From Pirellula staleyi DSM 6068 (lineage in GTDB: Bacteria; Planctomycetota; Planctomycetia; Pirellulales; Pirellulaceae): a stretch of DNA of 32,000 nt. Where the stretch lies: NCBI GenBank assembly GCA_000025185.1, contig CP001848.1, positions 2,220,001-2,252,000 on the forward strand, read 5' to 3'. Numbering within the stretch: position 1 is the first letter of the stretch; each line of letters begins with the position of its first letter. Under the pieces are notes generated by a model that saw only the letters and a program-made list of their open reading frames with translations, searched no databases and was not told where the DNA came from. Shown piece after piece: positions 26,443-32,000 of this stretch. Made by a program: the position numbers and the translations under genes.

Positions 26443-27375
26443 GTGACCGACGACAACGCGACCCAGCTTCCTTCCCGGCTCAGTTGGCGTATACCCGACG
26501 GCGACGACCCAGCGATTTGGTTCACGCGCGTACTCCGCACCGGAGCGCTCCTGATCTTGCTCGTCGTCATGCTGATCTTCTTCACGCCGAGTGGAAAGGC
26601 CGAACTACCGCTCCTCCTGGGAGTCACCTCGCTCTGCTTCGCCGGGACGGTCTATTTTCTGTACCGCTGGCGTCAGGCAACCACTGCCCCCGAGAACGTT
26701 TGGTTCGATGCCACCGGTTTTCACTGGATCGACGCGCTCGAGAAGCCCCATCACTGGCCCCTCGAAGTGATCGCCGGTTATGCCATCTCCCCCGTCGAGC
26801 GGAACGAATTTCCGCACGCAGCGATCGTGCTTCATCGGATCGACGGCTATCGGTCGCAGCCGATTCAGATTCGTGCGCCGGTTGAGGCACCGCAGGCCGA
26901 ACGCTGGTTCGACCAGCGCTGGAACGTTCGAGCATTGCCCCTCGACGAGCCACTCCAGTCGGGACCCTATGACACTTCGCTGGATCTCTACTTTGAATGT
27001 GACGAGGACTTTAACAGCTGGCACTTCGCCGGCAACGACGACTCCTTTGGTCAACTCGCAGATCAGATCGACGAGGCTGCTGCAACGATCGAGCCCCCTC
27101 CTTTCGGTGCTCGCCCCAAGCGACTTGTGCTGCTCCTTTCGCGCCGCGATCCGATTCGCTTTGCTGTCGCGGTCGACCACCATGTTCGGATTTCGCACGA
27201 CTTCCTCGTTGCCCCGGCCAAGTTCCTCCGCGAACTAGCTGAGAACATCCGCTCGCAGCGTTGCCCGGCTGGCCAGGAAGAATTCGATGCCAGTTTTCCG
27301 CTCGAAATTGGCCCCCGCGAGAAGTGGACGGTCCATCTCCATTGGCGCGATGCGGTAGCCACTTCCACCAAATAA
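26443..27375 (+). CDS. hypothetical membrane protein (N-terminal two-helix hairpin plus a soluble domain of about 230 aa); third gene of the second ECF module
   Basis: The frame is open from 26419. It has no ATG, so candidate starts are TTG 26419, TTG 26431 or GTG 26443; I chose the last because it does not overlap. The two TM segments are GALLILLVVMLIFF and LPLLLGVTSLCFAGTVYFLY, flanked by basic residues. I recognise no family; the layout is loosely like bacterial PH (bPH) proteins. Confidence 0.6.
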   Translation: MTDDNATQLPSRLSWRIPDGDDPAIWFTRVLRTGALLILLVVMLIFFTPSGKAELPLLLGVTSLCFAGTVYFLYRWRQATTAPENVWFDATGFHWIDALEKPHHWPLEVIAGYAISPVERNEFPHAAIVLHRIDGYRSQPIQIRAPVEAPQAERWFDQRWNVRALPLDEPLQSGPYDTSLDLYFECDEDFNSWHFAGNDDSFGQLADQIDEAAATIEPPPFGARPKRLVLLLSRRDPIRFAVAVDHHVRISHDFLVAPAKFLRELAENIRSQRCPAGQEEFDASFPLEIGPREKWTVHLHWRDAVATSTK

Positions 27376-27580
27376 TTCCCCCGCTCAGTAGGTTGCCAAG
27401 TCGCTGGGCAGAGAAAGTAAGCAATCCGGAACCGTCATGCGGTTTTGCGTCTGCCCTGGCAGAAGCCCCGCCAGAAGCGCGGTACAATAGTGGGTACGCA
27501 CGAGGTCTTGCCTTCGCCCACTGGCGAAAATGGCATGTGCAAACGATCGGCAGTGCGAACTTTCAGGATGAAGTTGCTGT

Positions 27581-28789
27581 ATGAGTCTCGATGTCGTCGC
27601 CACGTTGGCCGATTTGGTTCGCATCCCGAGTGTTAATCCGATGGGACGCGCCACGAGCGGAGATATCTACTACGAGCATCGGGTTACTGACTACCTCGAG
27701 CAACTTTTTCGCACGCTCGAGCTCCCTTACGAACGGGTGCTGGTCTCCGAGCAACGGCCAAACATCATAGCGCGTGTCGATGGCGATCTGCCTCCTGAAC
27801 AAGGGGGCAAAGTGCTGATGTTCGAAGCCCATCAAGACACCGTGCCGATTGAAGGGATGACGATCGACCCGTTCGATCCCAAGATCGAGAGCGGAAAGCT
27901 TTTCGGTCGTGGTTCGTGCGACATCAAAGGTGGCATGTCGGCGATGCTGGGTGTAGTCGCCCGGTTGCATCGCGAAAAGCCACGCGGTCGACCCACGGTG
28001 GTGATGGCATGCACCGTGAATGAAGAACATGGATTCACTGGCGCTACGCACTGGGCCCGCGCCTATGCGGGCTTCGAAGGTAATCCTCCGACGAGCCGCA
28101 TGCTACAGCGAGTTCCCGACGCTACGATTGTTGCCGAGCCAACGTCGCTCGATGTCGTCGTGGCTCACAAAGGGGGAGTGCGCTGGCGCTGCCATACCGT
28201 GGGGCGTGCGACGCACAGTTCTCAGCCCCACTTGGGCGAGAACGCCATCTACGCCATGGCCCGTCTGCTTCCGAGCTTCGAGAAGTATGCCCTGGAAGTC
28301 GCTCCGACTCTCGGCTCGCATCACTTGTGCGGAAAGCCGACACTCAGCGTCGGCACGATCAAAGGGGGAATTAGTGTAAACACTGTTCCCGATCGATGCA
28401 CCATCGAAATCGATCGGCGTCTGCTTCCTGGCGAGAGTCCCGAGACAGCTCGTCAGCATGTCATCGACTATCTCGCAGCGCAGGTGCCGAACGTTCGCCC
28501 GGTGCACGACGAGCCGTTCTTAACAAGCTTTGGACTCGCCGACGATTGCAACGGAACGCTTGCGAGCGAACTTGCAGCCGCCAGCAAACTCCACGGCGGG
28601 CGAGGTGGAAAAATCGGCGTGCCGTATGGAACCGACGCACCTCGATTTGCACAAACGGGTTGCCCGACCGTTGTGTTTGGCCCGGGAAGTATCGATCAAG
28701 CACACACCTGCGACGAGTGGATCGAAATCTCGCAGCTGCAGGCCGCCAGCGAAATCCTGTATGACTTCGCAGCCAATTTCGGCCGATAA
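27581..28789 (+). CDS. M20-family metallopeptidase/deacylase (ArgE/DapE/acetylornithine deacetylase type)
   Basis: LADLVRIPSVNP, LMFEAHQDTVP, FGRGSCDIKGG, MACTVNEEHG and the C-terminal GPGSIDQAHTCDEWIEI match M20 metal-ligand and catalytic motifs. Confidence 0.85.
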   Translation: MSLDVVATLADLVRIPSVNPMGRATSGDIYYEHRVTDYLEQLFRTLELPYERVLVSEQRPNIIARVDGDLPPEQGGKVLMFEAHQDTVPIEGMTIDPFDPKIESGKLFGRGSCDIKGGMSAMLGVVARLHREKPRGRPTVVMACTVNEEHGFTGATHWARAYAGFEGNPPTSRMLQRVPDATIVAEPTSLDVVVAHKGGVRWRCHTVGRATHSSQPHLGENAIYAMARLLPSFEKYALEVAPTLGSHHLCGKPTLSVGTIKGGISVNTVPDRCTIEIDRRLLPGESPETARQHVIDYLAAQVPNVRPVHDEPFLTSFGLADDCNGTLASELAAASKLHGGRGGKIGVPYGTDAPRFAQTGCPTVVFGPGSIDQAHTCDEWIEISQLQAASEILYDFAANFGR

Positions 28790-28798
28790 CGGAGACCT

Positions 28799-31700
28799 CT
28801 AACGGGCCGTCGCCGACTCACGAACCGCTGTGAGTTCGGCGCTCGATTCTGCTGGCGCGATTTTCATGATTACCGGGCTGCTGGTTGCCCCCAAGTTGTC
28901 GGTCATGTTCACACGCACTTCGGCCGTTGCCCCTTGATACCCAGGGCCAATGTCGAGAGCGACCGATCGCAGGATCTTCTCCGCTATCTCCACCGTCGCA
29001 TCGCGGGTGAATGTGAAAACGAGCGAGTCGCCACTGGCGAGCGTACTTAATGCTTCGACTGCGAGAGTCTCGTCGGCTGAAACCGGTTCTGTGGCAGCCT
29101 GACCTGACTTCATCTCGGCGACCTTCACCGGCGAACTACCCGGTGCGGCGTAGAGGACCGAAGTCCCCTCGATAACCAGCCCGCTGTTGGTTGGGGGAGC
29201 GAGTACGAGCGAAAGGGTGCCGCTCGACGAACTTTCAGCCAGCTCAATCGAAAGCATGCCACCACCCAGTTGTGGCGAGTCGGGATCGCGTATGTCGGCC
29301 AAATGGTCGAGCGTTTGTAGCATCCCTGGTTTCGCGGTCTTCATCTCCGCCGCCATCCGAATCGAAGGGGCAATGTTCACACTGCGCCAAACGAGCGCCG
29401 TTTCATCGGTGCTGCTGGTAAGAATATCGCGTCCATCGGGGGAAAAATGGACCGACGTGATTTCTGCTTCATGACGCTTCAAGCTCAGCACTTCTTTACT
29501 GGTCTCGAGGCACCAGAGTTTCGCGATACCATCTTTACTGCCTGTGACTGCGCGTCGATTGTCCGACGAGATCGCCACCGATGTGACAGCCGCCGTATGA
29601 CCCGACAGCGTGTCGGTTAGTTCGACGGCCGTCATGGCGCTGGGGTCAATTTTAAAGACGCGTGCAATGTTGTCGTCGCAGCCAGTGATCACGCGCGAAT
29701 CGTCGGGCGAGAATGCCGCAAACAACACATCGGCTGGATGTTCGAGAATGCCACCACTGATGGTTGCCAGCGAATCAACGCTCCACAAACGGGCCGTACG
29801 ATCTTCGCTGGCGGTGATCACCCACTTACCATCACTCGAGAAGACGCCGGAATGAACGCGTCCCCGATGCCCCTCGAGAACTCCCGCGAGTTCGTACGTT
29901 GGCACATCGCTACTGGTGTTGATCTTCCAAAGCTTGGCGTTGTTGTCGTCGCCGCAAGTTAGCAGCATCGCCTCGCCGCGTGAGGAAGGTGCAAAGGCTG
30001 CGAAATTCACGGCAAAAGCACGTCCACCCACTTCATGGAGTCGCGACATTTTGAGGAGCACGATGCCGAATTTGTCGGATGCTTCGTCGGTGCACCAGAT
30101 TTTTGCATCGCCATCGCTACTCGCGGTGACAGCCAATTTTCCGTCGCTCGAAAAGTTCGCAGCGGTGATAGCGCCGTGAGGACTGAAGGTCTTCTCGAGT
30201 TCGCCTGTCTCGGCGCTAAGGAGGCGTCCCTGGCTACCACCGACTGCCAAGATGCTCGCCCCGTCGTGCGAACTAATCGCCGACCAAATCGTGCCGCGCA
30301 AACTCTTGCCCGACCATAGCGGTTGCACCTGAGGCGATGCCATGTCCCAGGTCCAAAGGACGCTCGTATCACCCGTGGTGGTTGTGAGTAGTGCTGACGA
30401 TTGGCTGGGGAGCAGGCTGAGACCGGTCGCTGTGCTTCCCGGAATATTGATGTCGCATTCGATGGCTTTAGCGGTGTCGATATCCCAGCTGTAGAGCCGG
30501 TAGCTATCGTCCCCGGACGAGCACATGGTGATCGCCCGCTTGCTATCGGCCGTGAGCAGCAGATTGCGGACACCGTCGGGATGACGGAGTGTCAAGTTGC
30601 CGAGTCGATTGCCGGTGGCGAGATCCCACTGCATCACGGTGTGGTCTTGGCTGGCGGTGAGCAGGCGACCTCCGTCGCGCGTGAAGGCGACTCCCGTAAT
30701 GCCATAGCCAGGTTCGTGAGTGGCAATGCGCGAGTAGGTTTTCCAATTGCCGGTGCTCGGATCGCGTCGCCACAAATGGCATACGCCTCCCGAGTCCCCC
30801 GTGCAGATGCGTAGATCACCCGTTTCGCTATCGTGCGAGAATGTGGCTGTCGAAACTTCGAATCGATGCGCGGCTAATCGAACTGCAGGCTTACTGAGGT
30901 CGGCGAGCGACCAGAGTAAGGCATCTTTGGTATCACTGCCGGTGACGAGCCACTTTCCATCGTCCGAGAGGGCGATCACGCTGATGGTCCCTGTGCCATC
31001 GAAGCGGTGAAGTTGTCCACCGGTGGCGATATCCCAGAGGCGAACGGTGTTGTCACCTGCGCTGGTGATAATGCGCCGATCACCGGCCGGCATGAAGAGG
31101 GCCGAGGTGACGAGAAACTCGTGACCTTCCTTCAGTTCGGTGGCATTTTTCTGCTCGCCAGTGGGGCCACTGATTTCGAGCGGATCGTTATTGAGCGTAG
31201 CCAGCGGCTGACCCGTTCCCAAATTCCAAAGGATGGCACGTCGATCGCGCCCCGCCGTAATACAGCGATCACCCACCGTCGAAAAAGCGGCCCAAAGCAC
31301 CGCATTATCGTGCTGACGAAGTGTGCGTACCTCTTCGTACTCGGGAGTGTTCCAAACCTTCACGCGCTGATCGTGGCTTCCCGAAATTGCAAATTGTTCG
31401 TCGGCTGAAAAGAGACAAGAGCGAACCCAGCCACCATGGCCACGCATTGTTCGCACGAAGGTGGGATCGTCGGGCTTGGCGGTGAGATCCCAAACGCGAG
31501 CTGTGTTGTCGTGGCCGCCCGACAAGAGTTTTTTGCCGTCGAGCGAGAAATGGAGCGTCCGGACTTCGGCGGTATGGCCGACCAATCGCTGCACAGCGAT
31601 ATCACCCAGCGCGTTTTCGGGGATGGGACGACCGAGTCGCTCGAGTTCTAGCTGTCGCTCGACGAGTTTGTAGTCAAACACGCGCACGTCGGCGGGCTGC

Positions 31701-32000
31701 CAAACGAGAATTTCTTTATCCCGACCTGCCGAGGCGACCAGCTTGCCATCGCTCGAGAAGGTGGCGTTGTAAACAGCTTCCTTATGTCCGCGGAAGACGC
31801 GTGGTTTGGGAGGTCCTCCGAGAGTCCACATGCGCACCGTGGCATCGTCTCCCGCCGTCACGAGTTCATTGCCCGAGCTATCGAAACGGACACTCCAAAC
31901 AGGACCAAAGTGACCTCGAAAAGCGGCGATCATTTCGCCCGTGGCGAGATTGGTGACACGCGCCGTTTCGTCGCGCGAACTGCTGGCGAGCTTCGTCCCA
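28799..32000 (-). CDS. very large WD40-repeat protein, N-terminus beyond the window; C-terminal non-WD domain of about 190 aa
   Basis: The reading frame stays open past the track start at 31933 to the window edge (...GTKLASSSRDETARVTNLATGEMIAAFRGH). By eye there are roughly 20 WD40 units, e.g. LVTAGDDATVRMWTL, LLSGGHDNTARVWDL, AISGSHDQRVKVWNT, VITASEDRTARLWSV and AVTGSKDGIAKLWCL. The last 193 aa (28802-29380) have no WD pattern. Confidence 0.9.
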   Translation of the reverse strand, partial: GTKLASSSRDETARVTNLATGEMIAAFRGHFGPVWSVRFDSSGNELVTAGDDATVRMWTLGGPPKPRVFRGHKEAVYNATFSSDGKLVASAGRDKEILVWQPADVRVFDYKLVERQLELERLGRPIPENALGDIAVQRLVGHTAEVRTLHFSLDGKKLLSGGHDNTARVWDLTAKPDDPTFVRTMRGHGGWVRSCLFSADEQFAISGSHDQRVKVWNTPEYEEVRTLRQHDNAVLWAAFSTVGDRCITAGRDRRAILWNLGTGQPLATLNNDPLEISGPTGEQKNATELKEGHEFLVTSALFMPAGDRRIITSAGDNTVRLWDIATGGQLHRFDGTGTISVIALSDDGKWLVTGSDTKDALLWSLADLSKPAVRLAAHRFEVSTATFSHDSETGDLRICTGDSGGVCHLWRRDPSTGNWKTYSRIATHEPGYGITGVAFTRDGGRLLTASQDHTVMQWDLATGNRLGNLTLRHPDGVRNLLLTADSKRAITMCSSGDDSYRLYSWDIDTAKAIECDINIPGSTATGLSLLPSQSSALLTTTTGDTSVLWTWDMASPQVQPLWSGKSLRGTIWSAISSHDGASILAVGGSQGRLLSAETGELEKTFSPHGAITAANFSSDGKLAVTASSDGDAKIWCTDEASDKFGIVLLKMSRLHEVGGRAFAVNFAAFAPSSRGEAMLLTCGDDNNAKLWKINTSSDVPTYELAGVLEGHRGRVHSGVFSSDGKWVITASEDRTARLWSVDSLATISGGILEHPADVLFAAFSPDDSRVITGCDDNIARVFKIDPSAMTAVELTDTLSGHTAAVTSVAISSDNRRAVTGSKDGIAKLWCLETSKEVLSLKRHEAEITSVHFSPDGRDILTSSTDETALVWRSVNIAPSIRMAAEMKTAKPGMLQTLDHLADIRDPDSPQLGGGMLSIELAESSSSGTLSLVLAPPTNSGLVIEGTSVLYAAPGSSPVKVAEMKSGQAATEPVSADETLAVEALSTLASGDSLVFTFTRDATVEIAEKILRSVALDIGPGYQGATAEVRVNMTDNLGATSSPVIMKIAPAESSAELTAVRESATAR

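Overview
This 32 kb window is moderately GC-rich and densely coding. It looks like an ordinary chromosomal region of a Planctomycetota (Pirellulales-like) genome. That assignment is an inference from gene content: two ECF sigma/anti-sigma modules, a giant WD40 protein, a GxxExxY gene, and many secreted proteins with low-complexity linkers.

I support 25 CDSs, two of which run off the window edges.
- Housekeeping genes: ilvB, pyrE, ubiE/menG, ubiX, a GuaD-like guanine deaminase, a Ski2-like helicase, an M20 peptidase, a GT2 glycosyltransferase, a LysM L,D-transpeptidase, MgtE-type and MFS transporters.
- A possible sugar-acid pair: an SMP-30 lactonase next to a UxaA-family dehydratase. A second, divergent SMP-30 paralogue lies behind a secreted TPR/thioredoxin-fold fusion protein.
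- Two three-gene ECF modules (sigma, anti-sigma, third gene).

I found no rRNA, tRNA, CRISPR array, transposase or integrase.

Observations most worth a second look:
1. The zinc-type anti-sigma factor of the second ECF module ends in two CXXCH heme-c attachment motifs in its predicted extracytoplasmic tail.
2. The GxxExxY (PD-(D/E)XK-like) gene sits between the arms of an imperfect inverted repeat of about 46-53 nt. Its mismatches are mostly G-U compatible on the sense strand.
3. The first ECF sigma and anti-sigma genes are separated by a 194-nt AT-rich spacer holding a 15-bp stem and a GGAACTT motif.
4. ilvB has no adjacent small-subunit gene. It has a textbook terminator and a leader of about 500 nt.

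All functional calls come from reading motifs by eye. No database search or structure prediction was run.
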